DNA from: Callorhinchus milii
Lineage: Eukaryota
Reading direction: 5' to 3'
Length of the DNA stretch: 64,000 nucleotides
Assembly: GCF_018977255.1 (NCBI RefSeq)
Contig: NW_024704743.1
Span: 71,116,001-71,180,000, forward strand
Shown: positions 1 to 12,436 of the stretch, one piece after another
How the letters are laid out: each line of letters opens with the position of its first letter
Position numbering within the stretch: position 1 is the stretch's first letter
The notes under the pieces: generated by a model
Seen by the model: the letters and a program-made list of their open reading frames with translations, nothing else
What the model was told of the DNA's origin: nothing
Databases searched by the model: none
Made by a program: the position numbers and the translations under genes

Positions 1-242
1 TGGGAGTGTACCTCATTGTTGGAAGCGCTGTCCTTCAGATGAGACATTAAACCGAGATCCCATCTGCCTGTTCAGGAGCGTTAAAGATCTCATGACACTT
101 CATGACTGTTTGTGGGACATTGGTATAACAAATTGGCCTTTGCGTTTGCCTACAAATACATTCTCACAGTAAAATCTTGTGACACCCCTTCAGACTTGTC
201 AATGAGGTGTTAAGGTGCTGCATCAAACGCAAGGATTATTAT
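1..242 (+). mobile_element. DeuSINE-type SINE, 3' part
   Basis: Deu-domain-like sequence (gctgtccttcagatgagacattaaaccgagatcccatctgcctgttcagg...aaagatctcatg) followed by an L2-like tail ending aaggattattat. Confidence 0.75.
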
Positions 243-374
243 GAATTTTCCTCTGACATACGTCCATGCCTTTTGCTTCAACTGCAGGTGAGTTTCAGTC
301 AGGTTACAGTCCTAGTCTATGAGTTTAAAAACCCAATGTGAAGCTTGAACCTATAACCTTTCAGTAAGTAATAC

Positions 375-745
375 AAGTCATCACTCTCTGTGTAAAGAGG
401 TTCCTTCTAAACTCCCTTTTAGATCTATTACTGTTTTTATTGTTATGTTCCAAGGTGTCCAATCGTTTTTTCATCGATATATATGCTCATCTCTGGTAAA
501 ATCCTAGTAAATCTACCCTGCACTCTCCCCGTTGCTACAATATCCTTCCTGTATAATGGTGACCAGAACTGCATCCAGCATTTCAAATGTGGTCTAACCA
601 AAGTTTCATATAAATGTAACATTACTTTGCTACTATTGTACACTTTCCCTTGGACTTAAACCAAGGACTCTATTCATATTCTTCATGGCATCTACCGCCT
701 GTGCTGATCCTTTTAGTGAATCTGAATCCCTAGATCTGTTTGCTT
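375..745 (-). mobile_element. CR1-clade LINE fragment (RT C-terminal region)
   Basis: ORF 443-643 LYETLVRPHLKCWMQFWSPLYRKDIVATGRVQGRFTRILPEM is the typical CR1 ORF2 LVRPHLEYCVQFWSP motif. Confidence 0.85.
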
Positions 746-1886
746 CTCTAAGAAGCCTTATGTTTGTTAATGACAAATGAGTACAGTAAAGAAAGAAGTA
801 TTAGTTAGTACTCTTGACACCCTCACCATTTCTTTGCACCATTCCCCATATCTTCTACTCTCTTCTACCTCTCTTCCCTCTCCCATTTCCCCATCTTCTT
901 CCATCTTCCATCTCAAAATCCTCTACCTTACCCATCTTTAGATTGCACTCTTTGACTGTGCCTACAGTCACCTCCCCGCTTTCCCTAGCTCGGTGACAAG
1001 CTCCGCCACTATTAAGTGCTTCAAGATGCTACCCGGCATGAAGGGCACTATATATATGTTGGGAGGTTATTTCAGTGGCGTTCAACAAAATCAAACCTAA
1101 TTCCATTTTTACATTTGGTTTGGTTATCTACACATCTTAATTCCTTACCCAGGCAGCTACTGAAATGCCATGGAGGCAGATTTTCTGTATGCAGGTAAGC
1201 TTCCTGCTGCCTGCAAAGGTAGGACTAGTTGACCCACTTTTACAGATACCAGGGACCACATAGGAAGAATCGTATTTTCCCAATTATATGTCCCATTGAT
1301 GAGTTGGAAGGTTGGTCATGTGGCTCAATTATCATCCGAAGTGCCTGGAACTGTGTTAGTTTCTATAATTTAGTTACTCCCTGGATAAACTCAATGAACC
1401 ATTGGGGAATCTCTTACTCACAATTCCCATATTAGTCATGTTCTCTTTGTGGGTTGCTAGGACGAATTTGATCAATTGCCTTGTAAATAAAACAATTGTG
1501 TTTTTAGTATTTAAAAATAAACTGTATTAATTGGGTACTTTTTCCCCCCTTTTTAAGAGCTCTGTATGATTTAATGTTCTCCAAACAATAAACTGTGGCA
1601 GTCAGTGCAGCTTTATAAACACTTTTTATCAGATTTTAACCCAACATCAGGAGCTACTTCCTGTCATTACACTCTGGTTTCCTTTTCAAAATGAACATGC
1701 TGCACCAGAAATTGTGAATCTTTGCATGTGTCCAAAAACACATTGAAATAAATCTGACGTTAGAGCTGTTTGAATAAACCCCTCCATTCAAGGCTGCCTG
1801 AACAACAGGAGGCAATTAATTACTCCTTGGACTGTTGTAAAACTATCAAGCATCTTGACCTAATTATTTCATCTGCAGCATTATCA

Positions 1887-2190
1887 TATAATAATAATAA
1901 CCCTTTCATTTGATATAGTGATTTTTACATCTTTGAGACGTCTCAAAGAACTTCACAGAATATACTGCAAAGTGAATTCACTATATATTTATGGGCGAAA
2001 TGGGCAGCCAATTGCACACAGCAGTGTCCACAAACAGTTGTAGATTGAGTGACCAAATTATTATTGTTTTGAGGGATTATTATCAGGCGTGTGGAGTAAG
2101 GAAACTTGCCCAAGATTTCGCCCTGTCGGGAATTGAACTGAGGTCTCTCGCTTGCGAGGCGAGTGCTCTAACCACTGAGCTACAGGACTC
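1887..2190 (-). mobile_element. tRNA-derived SINE (short subfamily) with L2-type tail
   Basis: Head gagtcctgtagctcagtggttagagcactcgcc with A/B-box-like motifs and a (TTA)n tail. The 8-bp direct repeat cattatca at 1879-1886 and 2193-2200 is a probable TSD. Confidence 0.85.
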
Positions 2191-5100
2191 ATCATTATCA
2201 AAGCAAGGCTTTTTCTTAATTGTACTGTTGACTTTTCAAACTGAAGGCTAAAAGCATCTGATCCCAGACAGCTCGGGATTTCTGACTTGTGTCGATATCC
2301 CAACAACTAAAGCAGCCTCAGAGGTCATTACAATTGTGGCAAGTACCTAAAATTGGACAGTGTATTCTTTTGGAAAGAGAGAAGCTTTGACAAAATGGCC
2401 AAAATTCTGTTTAATATCTCAAGTAAGAAGATATCTAAAGCCACTTTGTGGCTTTTGTCAGACATTATTGTTCGCAAATTGACTGTCGTGTTTGTCCACA
2501 AAACGTTCAGTAAATTTGCAGTTTGTTGTATGATGCGCTTTGCACATCCGAAATGAAAGGCCCTATACCAAACATAAGGATTAGGGTTAAAGTGATCATA
2601 TCCAATAGCTCCTGAAGTTGGTATGTAAGATTATCACTTACTAGGATGAAGGAATTATGTCTAGATGTTTCCTGAACATCAGTGAATTTAAATAGATATG
2701 AATATTCTTGTTGCCCATAACACATCAAGAATCAATATACTGCTGAAGTCTTGGTTACATTACAATAATTTACAATAACTGCTATTTGTATCAGCAAAGT
2801 CCCATAAGCAATGATTAGGTGAACGACCAATTTATCTGTAATATCCTCAATATCTGTGTTATCCCTAAGTATCTGGGATATGTTAATGCATATATAATGT
2901 AGAATAAATTGAGTTAATCACAATAATTGAACTACACTGTGAGTTCAAAATCCCACCATGGGGTTTGAGCCCACAACCTTCTGATTTGGAAGTGAGAGTG
3001 ATCCCAACTGAGCTAGGTATAGGAAATGTTTCTGAGCTATTTGACAGTGGAGTGAGCATATCTGAACTAAACCCAGTTGTGCTTTCCTCATTATGTTGGC
3101 TGGGGATGTGTGTGCGGGGGGGGGATGTGGGTGTGGATGGAGGACTAGTTTTAAAGAAGAGGTGTGTATTTGATATTTCCTAAACACGTTTATTTACTTG
3201 CTGATCTCCTTTGTAATGAATCAGCCTCATACTTCTGAGAGACTGCCAAACCCTTTCTGCAGGCTATGTCATTTTGCAGAGAGAAAAGTATTTTTTCAGA
3301 GAGAAAACATGTTGGAAAATGAAGGAATTTAACAACGAAGGAATTATTGGCCACCCATCTGTAATCTCTCCATCTACCTCCACTGGAGATGCTCTATTAA
3401 ATTTAAGTGCAGGAACTTTTAAGTTAATTAGTGAGCTGCATTAGCAATGCATCACAAAATAGGGAAGAGGGGAGTGCAGAATTTGTGGTTAAAAACAATG
3501 AGCAAAGTGAACCAACCTATCTAGAACCTCAGCCTTGCTAATGTTGAAGCATGCATCTCATGATTTGTGTTGGATGATGGATGGTATATTGTTGATATAG
3601 TCCCTAGTTAAAAAATCTCCAATCTTTGTGAGTTCCGTCTTGTACATAAAATCATTGTATATACACCTTTTTTTCAATTCTAACTTCCATGCTCCCTCCC
3701 TCACTATCTATTTGATCTTTATTTTATCAATATTACCATGGATATTGCTGATCTGAGCCAACCTCCCTCGCAAACTCAAAATGTACCATACACTCAAAAT
3801 TCTCTCCAACTCATCAATCAAAAATCATTGGGTTGTCTCCATCTCTCACCTCATTCTTTCCTAAACTTTGGAACTCCTTACCTTCCAGAGTTTTTTTTAA
3901 TCATTTCTACAATTTACAGGGCTTTAAAACCTAAGTAGCTGCTCTTAGGCACATTGTCTAAAAGCAGCTATACCAGACTTAATTTTCCTTTCCATTCTCG
4001 TATTGTATTTTTAGTGTTGCCAATCTGGTCCTAGACTATGCATTTTCTTCTAGGTTTAATCAGTCAGAGTATAGATTGGCAGGTTTGCTTGATCTGTTGC
4101 TGTTTGTATAACAAAAGAGTCGGTGAGCAGGTAGCATATTTGTTGATCCCTGATTTAAAGTAAGTGGAATGGAAATTTCTAAACTTAATTCCATCATCAC
4201 TCCCCAATTTTATATCCTCACCAACCACAATGTCAGAAATGCACGAACAAATGGAACTGAATGCCTGTTGCTAAATGAACAATTCTCATTCTGTGTTTTT
4301 TTCGGGTGGGAAGAGTAATAGTAATCTTGCACTGGAAAAAACTCCATTGGCAGCCACAATTTTTAAGATCCTTAAATAAAAGTTAGATCATGTGAAGTGA
4401 CTCTAGCTTTAACGCACCTTTTATTTGTATTCAGTGATCCAAGACACTATCTTGTGTGAAGGGTGTTATATCAATGCAAGTTGTTCTTGTTTTGAGTCTT
4501 GACAGTTCTACAGTGATTTGAGTAAATCATTAATACTGGTCACTTTTGTACTTGAATACTATGTGTAGTGTTAATGAATCAAAAAATAAAGGAAAAGAGC
4601 AATAGTGAGTACTGTGGAGTGGGAACAACACCCCACTTTAATTCACTGCAGCCATCCAGTGTGTACAGTTCTCTTTGATCGTGACATAATGCTGTATAAG
4701 GCTTGAATCCAATCAACACAGTCAAACCCCAAATGAATAAAGGTTGTATCATAAGTTGAAAAACCTTTTTAATATAGATTTTTAAAACTGCAGCTTTCCC
4801 ATTCAGTATTACAATGTCTTTTGCGTACAAGGCTTTAAGCGTCATTTTCTAACAGCATTTATACGTACAGCAAACCCTATGTAGATTATGGAACCTTCCT
4901 GATTTTTAGCTACCATCCTAGCAATTGACGTTGGTAAGGGAAATGGGATGGTAACTAATACTGATTAGGAAGTCCCTTCCCTCTTTGTAAATAACTTAGT
5001 ACCTGACTCATTGACCTTGGAGTTCTACTCCATCAACTTTTTTTTTGACATTCTTATTTGTTTGAAGAATTAAAAAAATGCCTAACTCTTTGAAGATATT

Positions 5101-6774
5101 TTTAAAAAGACAAAATAGTTTTGACATATTTGTTATATTTTCCTACTTTTCTTCATTGATATGGCCCTTTTCAATTCATTAAATAAATTCTGAGTGATGA
5201 CAATGACCACAACAACAATAGAGCCTGGTGCGGGAGAGGACACGAGCTGCAGAGGCCGACAAGAAGTGAGTTTCTGTAGTCGAGCCTTGAAGTGACGAAT
5301 GCACATATGAGTGTTTCGGTGGCCTGAGGGGTGAGGTAGTGGCAAAGTCAGGCAATGTTGCAGAGATGGGGGAAGGCAGAGCAGGTCATGGCATGGATAT
5401 AGGGGAGAAAGGACAGTTGAGGGTCAAACAAGGCACCCAGGTTTCTGACTGGCTTGGTGAGGTGGAGCTTCTGAGATTAAAAACAACAAGAAATTACACT
5501 TGTATAGCGCCCTTCTCATTGGAAAGACATCCCGGGGCAGTGGACAATCAGGGGGTTTGGACCCGAGCTGGGAGTTGGAAGCTGAATTATCAGCTGGAAA
5601 GTAGAAATTAAATGGTCCCTCAATCGCCTGTGTTGAATCTACAGCAGGTCTGTTATATTAGCTCCCGCTGCAATTGGATCCACTTCCTCACCCTCTTGGC
5701 CTTAAATGTTCTGAGTGAGTTCTTCCCCCACAGCCATGTCATTGTTATTAAACTATTTAAAGATAAGAAAATATAATTGATTGAAACAGGCTTTTCATTT
5801 AAAAGATAAGTTTGGATAGCAACTCTCACTTTGAAAATTATAATTTGAATCCATTTTAAGTGGAGCAGTACATGTTCTCGCTCAACAAACTAGAGGAATT
5901 CGGGTGGAAGGTTATGGACTGGCTGAGATTGACAGAGTGAAAGATTACACTGGTTTCTTAGCAGACTGACTCTTTCCACAACTTGTGTAGCGCCTTTCAC
6001 ATCGGAGGACGTCCCAAGACGCTGGACAGTTAGGGAGCTGCACCCGAGCATATATAGAGGGAGTTTTCCCCTGTTCCCTGGCCAATTGTCCCCTGTTCAC
6101 TTCATCGCTGTTTGTGGGACATTGTTGGGTGCAAATTGGCTGTTGCATTTGTCTGCAAAACAGTCACTCCACTTTAAAATTAAAATCCTCTGAAGCACTT
6201 TGAGATACCTCCACGATGTATTTAGGTGCTATATCAAATGCAAGTATTGCATGTTTCGGGCAAAGGGTGTCTGTCTAGAACAATGCGGGAGTATACATCT
6301 GGGTGTGCATCTGGGGTGAAAATGTGACATTCCATGACAGATTAAATATGATCATATTGAATCTGTTGAATGATGGAATTCCAGTCTAATTATGGACCAG
6401 TTTGAGATCTGAACACCCTTTTTCTCCCACTCCCCAACTTTGGCACAATTATTTGGCTCGAACACTGTTCTCAAACTTGTTTGGCCTCAAACACGAGTGC
6501 TCGTTCAGTGATAGCAGGACAAAAATATTTTTAATCCTTTTCAGAGGCAGCATGTTTCCCCAGAGACCAGATGAGTTAGTATCCGATTGTTAGCTCCAAA
6601 AATACATTGTTTTCCACGATCAAAAGCACGAAAATATCCAAGTTGAGCCATTGTGCCAAAGACTGAAAGAATCGAATCTTCCTGGTGAAATAAAGTGTCC
6701 CTTTTGACTGCGTATTGCAAGACCTCAGTACTGAGGTAATGTTGGGTTGGAGCTGAGCTCTGGTGAGTCTGCGT

Positions 6775-7143
6775 ATTACGACTTCAAGATCCTCACTCTC
6801 AAATCCTTCACTCCCTGGCACCTCCGTACCTCTCTGACCTCCTCACTGCCCAATCCACCACCCGGCACCTCCGCTAGACTGGCACCGGCCTCCTGCTCGT
6901 CCCTTGGATCCTCCATCCCACCATCGGAGGTCGCGCTTTCAGCCACTACACCCCAAAACTCTGGAACACTCTCCCTCAATCCCTCCACCTTGTCCCCTCT
7001 CTCCCCTTTTCCAAGTCCCGCCTGAAAACCTTCCTCTTCGACCGTGCTTATGGCCACCTGCCCCCACCCCGGCTTGAGGTCAGGCTCCGCCACTGTTAAG
7101 CGCTACCCCGCGTGGAAAACACCATATAAGTGCAAGTTGTTGT
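6775..7143 (+). mobile_element. L2 LINE 3' fragment
   Basis: gacttcaagatcctcactc...ctctggaacactctccctcaatccc...aaaaccttcctcttcgacc, ending aagtgcaagttgttg. Homologous to the 3' end of the long L2 copies and to 8060-8372 and 41085-41412. Confidence 0.85.
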
Positions 7144-9359
7144 ACATGTTGTAATGTGAACTGGAGACGAGATGCTTTACCACAGCAAGACAACAGTTAA
7201 ACCACTCTCTCCTGAGGAGCTCTTTACAATTACGATAACAATGTTTGCAATGCCCAAAGTACCAAATACAAACTTTGTCTCTATTAGATCCACTGAACAC
7301 AAATCCGTATGTTTCAGAATATCTGTGGCTGTATGATATGGTTTTGGCAGAAAATGAGAGATTGATTGGTTTATTTGGGGTGTGGGAGGAGGTGCAGATA
7401 TAACCCTTCCACATATGTGCAGAAATGTAACTTACAACTGATCCTTGCTTTAGATGCCTATGAAGTCTAATAGTGTTTCAAGGTCATTTCTGTTCAATGA
7501 CTGAATTAGTATAGCAATGCACGACAGTCATTTTGTACACAGCAAGATCCCACAAACAGCCATGAAGTAAATAACCAATTCATTTATCTAGAAGACCGTT
7601 GGTTTGTATGCTAGGAGAAAATCTTCTTTTCGACTATGTCTCGTGGATGCTAAAGTTCCCATGACAAAACAGTTAGACAGGACCTCACTTTAACATCTCA
7701 TACGAGGAACAGCACCTTTGGCATTGCAGTGTTCCCCTGAACATTGGCAAGTCAGCATAGACTACTATGGGATCAAATCCTGAAGTGGTAATGAGAGAGT
7801 GTTATCAGTTGAGCCAAGCTGACAGTTTAAAGAACAACGACAAGACTGAGAAACGGTTGTAATTTCCTGTGAAGGAGGTTATGTTTTTCCTGTGGTCTCC
7901 ACTGATTGCTGTAGCTCTCAAACTTGCCAAGTTTAGTCTCAATATTTCCAATGCTTTGAAAAAAAGATATCCAATACTATTAAACAAACTGAGTTGATAT
8001 GCTATTCACATGACATATTTATAATGCTTCTTAAGGGAGTAAGTAGTAACCTGCTTACCTCCACTCCATGACCCACTGTCTCGGCTCGGCTGGCTCCGGC
8101 CTCCTGCTTGTCCCTTGTCCCCTCTGCTTTCAGCACCCTGTGTGGGGTTTCAGCCAATATTTTTAGCCAGTACGCCCAAAACTTTGGAACGCTCTCCCTC
8201 AATCCCTTCGCTTTGCCCCCTCGTTCCTCTTTTTCAGATCACGCCTGAAAACCTTCCTCTTTGACCGTGCTTACAGTCACCCCCTCCCTCCCCCCTGGCT
8301 CAGCATCAGGCTGTGCCACAGCTTAGCACTCTGAGTTGCTACGGGCTCGATATAAATGCAAGTTGTGGTTGGTTTTCAGTGGAGAGTCAATTTTCTTTTA
8401 AATAAATTATTACTTATACCTTGTTGCGTTTGTTTTCTCATTAATTTAGTTCTTGTTTTAATCTCCACACTCTTTTTTGGCAAGAACCTACTCTGCTGTA
8501 AGAGGCTTTTCCTTTAACCTTGGGTGCAGTTTAATGCATTTCCTTTTCCTGTTAATGCTTTGCCTTGAAAGAAATACAAATGGTCTCTGATGCTGATAAA
8601 CTCTGGGTGTGATAGAATGTTGTATACCCCGCTGTAGAAATCCTCCAATAATCTTGAGATATTGAAGTGTTGAATGTATTGGTCCACATACAGTTCATCT
8701 AGCACAGACTGAAATGTATTTTATTTTTTCCATCTTACAGAAGTACTCAAACTGTAACTTGTCTTACATTATATTACTGAGTACATCAACTTCAGTTCAT
8801 GAGCAGGAATAGTCAGGTGATAACACAATATCAAGACATCAGTTACTTTGCACAGAACTCAAAGGAATATTCCGTCAGATCCTCGAATAACCTGTTCAGT
8901 GTTTTTTTAAATAACGATCCTTACATTTGGTGTAGAGCCTTTCATGTCAGGAAGATGTCCCAAAGCGCTTCACATGATATACTGTAAAGTATATATTGTA
9001 AGTATAATATTGTAAGTGCAGAGCCACAAAGTGAGTGACCAATTTTATTTGGGGGATTGCTGGCCAGGACACCAGGAGAAACTCCCTGGACGTTTTGAAT
9101 AGTGCCATTGGATCTTTAAAGTCCACCTGGACAAGCAGACAAGACTGTGGTTTAATATTTCATCCAAAGGAAGGAAGGCATGTCCAACAATGCATCAAAA
9201 GTGAGAGTCACAGCAAAGTAAATTTACTGAAAGTGGTTTCCGAACAAAAAAATAATAAAAATTAATCAAACAAAGATCAGTTGTAAGGTACATTTCTGCA
9301 CAGTGTTCTTTCTCTCTCTCCCCATGAATTAATAATTATAATTTATTATAATTTATAAT

Positions 9360-9770
9360 AACAACAAGATTACATTTGTATTGCGTCTTTCACGTCGGGA
9401 GGACTTCCCAAGGCGCTGGACAGAGTACAGCATTTCAGACCCAAGCTGCGGTTGGGGGTGTAAGGGAGGGGAAGGGGGTGGCTGATGGCATGGTCGAAGA
9501 GGAGGGTCTTGAGGCGGGACTTGAAGGAGGCTAAGGAGGGAATTCCAGAGGTTGGGGGCAGAGTGGCTGAAGGCTCTCCCGCCAATGGTGGTGCGGGTGG
9601 GTCGGGGGACGTGGATCAGGCTGAAGCCAGCTGAGCGGAGGGAACGGGCGGGTTGGTAGGGGGATAGGAGGTCGTAGAGGTAGGGTGGGGCGAGGCGAGG
9701 CCATGGAGGGCTTTGTATGTGAGGACCAGGATCTTGAACTGGATCCTCTGAAGGATAAGGAGTTAGTGGC
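9360..9770 (-). mobile_element. L2 LINE 3' fragment
   Basis: (CAA)n tail and the shared stem-loop tail; closely similar to 21236-21670. Confidence 0.85.
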
Positions 9771-10545
9771 TATTATAATATTATTATTATTAATAATTAT
9801 TGTGTTTAAATAATGTTTATTATAAAAAAATATTATTTATTATCATTATTATTAATGGGTCAAACAATCTTTTCTCATTCTGTTTTTATTTTGGTGAAGA
9901 TTTTAAAAAACATTCCATACCAATTTGCAAGTGAGAAGCAGAACAAAATACATTTAATGAAGTAGTTTCCAAACAAAAATTACAAATTCTATCACCCCCC
10001 ACCCCCTCAAACAATTTTTGATTCCATTGTGAATTGGGAATGATAAATGATCAGGTGCTAGAAGTCATGTTTTGCATTACTTTCACTGATACAGATATAA
10101 AAGGTGTACCAGGGGTGTAAGGTAATTTAAATGAGCTGTCCCTCTCTTTTCCCTCTTTCTCTATACTCCCGCTCTGTCCCTTCCCCCAACCATCTTCCAA
10201 CCAAGAGGGGATGTTTTATTTGCATCTGAGATCCTAACACTTCAGAACATGATCTATTAAACTTTGATTACCATTCTGGAACTTGAGATGAAATCTAAAC
10301 CACGCTCTGTATTTTGGATTTGAAGTTAGAGCCTCTGTATTTACAGAGGGTTGGAAAACACCAAATGTATCTTGGGAGGTGACAGGTATTAAAAGATCAG
10401 AGAGATTGCCAAGCTCTGTCCTCTATCTTAAAAGCGTTTAAAGATTGAAATATTTATCAATGTCTTTATCTGCACCCACATACATGGTGTCATCTCTTCT
10501 CACTCTCCCCCTCAGCACACAATGCCATTCCTTCTCTCTTGCCCC

Positions 10546-10576
<31 letters not shown>

Positions 10577-12149
10577 AGGGTTCCAGTCCTCTCTGTACCC
10601 ACACACATGGTATCAGCCCTTTCTCTCTTCCCCATGCCAGCCCTTCTCTTCCCCACATGGGGTGCTGAATGTATTTCTGCAGAAGATGTATAGGGCAAAC
10701 TGTACCAGGCATAAATCTTCACGAATGCAGAACAGAAATGATTTATCCAGATTTTTTTAGTTTAAAAATACTGTTTTTGCCAGATAGTCTGGATGTACAG
10801 TACTCTCCTACTTGTAGAGATTAAAAGAAAGACTACAGATTCTTGGAATCTAAAATAAAACACAAAATACTGGAAATGCACAGTAGGTTAAAATGCATCT
10901 GGAAGAGTAAAATTAGGCTAACATTACAATTGTGGCCCACTTATCAGAACATTGACCTCTTGTTTGTTTTAAATGCTATTTGACTCACTGAATGTTTCCA
11001 GCATTTATGAGAGAGAGAGTTATTCAAATTGCCAGCACTTGTGTTTTTCTTTTTCTTTCTCCCACATACAGTATTGCTTTAGCTCCTTGGTCAGCCAGGC
11101 AGCAGAGCAGAAACCATGTTAAAGTAAGCAATTTACATAATGCAAGGTATGAGTGTGAATTATTGTACTACATGAACCAGGAGGTATGGTGTATTTATTG
11201 TAGTTATGTGGCCGCTGATCGTACAGTGGTGGCATTATAATATAGCTGAACAAAACCACACCTTGTCCTGGAAGGATCCAGGTTGCAGTTTATCCTTGTG
11301 GTGCATGTTGTTTGCAGTGACCACCCGCTTTGGAACTGCAGGTTGATAAATTGTTAGGTAAGTGCTGTTTGTGAACACACTGAGTCACAAAGATCACCAT
11401 GAGAGAGCAGTGCTTTGATGATAAGCAGCTGTAATGTGCATTAAATACAATTGCTTGACTTTGAGCGGGAGAAAGAGTGAGTCACAGACAGCCATGTGAC
11501 CACCTTGGCCTCCTCCTTTCTCTATGATGAAGGGAACGGGAAACATTGTGGTTTATAAGGGGAGAAAACTGTCTAGAAAATGCAAAAAAAGCTTAAGTTT
11601 TAAATTCAAGTTTCGAGCAGGTAAAGTCTGATTCAAAAATTCTGAGCTCAGAAATTGTTCTTATTTTGCCTCCCCAAATTCCCAATAGAGGATCAAATGT
11701 ATACAGTTACCATCCACAGGAACTGTGAAGTGCTGATTAACATTATCAGAAATCTGTGGTACCAAGACAGTGAGTGAAGCTCTTTGACTCTTTTCCCCGT
11801 TGAAAGAAATGTATTTATTGATTATTTTACTCTTAAGAAGAATTGAGAGTTCTGTTTTATTATTTATTAAAATAATAATCCTTCATTCTGGTATAGCACT
11901 TTATCTCACAGTAAAAATATCTCAAAACACTTCATAGAATTTACTGTGAAATGTAGTGACTGTATATGGCAACGGGGGAGCCAATTTGTGCATAGCAATG
12001 TGCCACGAACAGCCATAAAACAAATGATGAATTGTTTGTCTGGGGAAGATCGAGAGAAACTCCACTATTTGAATAGTGCTTTGAGATCTCTAATGTCCAC
12101 CTGAACAGGCAGACTGGGCCTTGGTTCATTGTCTTATCTGAAGTGAGAC

Positions 12150-12436
12150 ACAGAATGTACTGTAAAGTGAATTAACTGTATATTTGTTGGCGAATTGCGG
12201 CAGCCAATTGCGCACAGCAGTGTCCCACAAACTGTCCTGACCAAATTGAGTGACCAAATTATTTTTTTGAGGGTTATTATCCCCGGAAAAGCGATCCGCC
12301 TATCAACTAACAACCAGGTTCCTACTTACTGCTAGGTAAACGGAGGAGTATGGAGTAAGAAACTTGCCCAACATTTCGCCCTGCCAGGAATTGAACCCAG
12401 CGCTTGCAAGACGAGTGCTCTAACCACTGAGCTACT
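12150..12436 (-). mobile_element. tRNA-derived SINE, long subfamily with central domain
   Basis: Same head and tail as the short SINE, plus a central cctccgtttacctagcagtaagtaggaacctggttgttagttgat segment also seen at 37748-38115. Confidence 0.75.

Noticed and set aside
10540..10577. Poly-Pro/Gly ORFs at 10438-10760
   Set aside because: They arise from a poly-C run and a CA microsatellite.
11072..11123. Possible + strand alternative CTNNAL1 exon (strong pyrimidine tract, accATG, aaa|gtaagc)
   Set aside because: The ATG is out of phase with exon 2 and is followed by a stop if unspliced. The pyrimidine tract abuts a repeat remnant, and there is no similarity to the alpha-catulin N-terminus.
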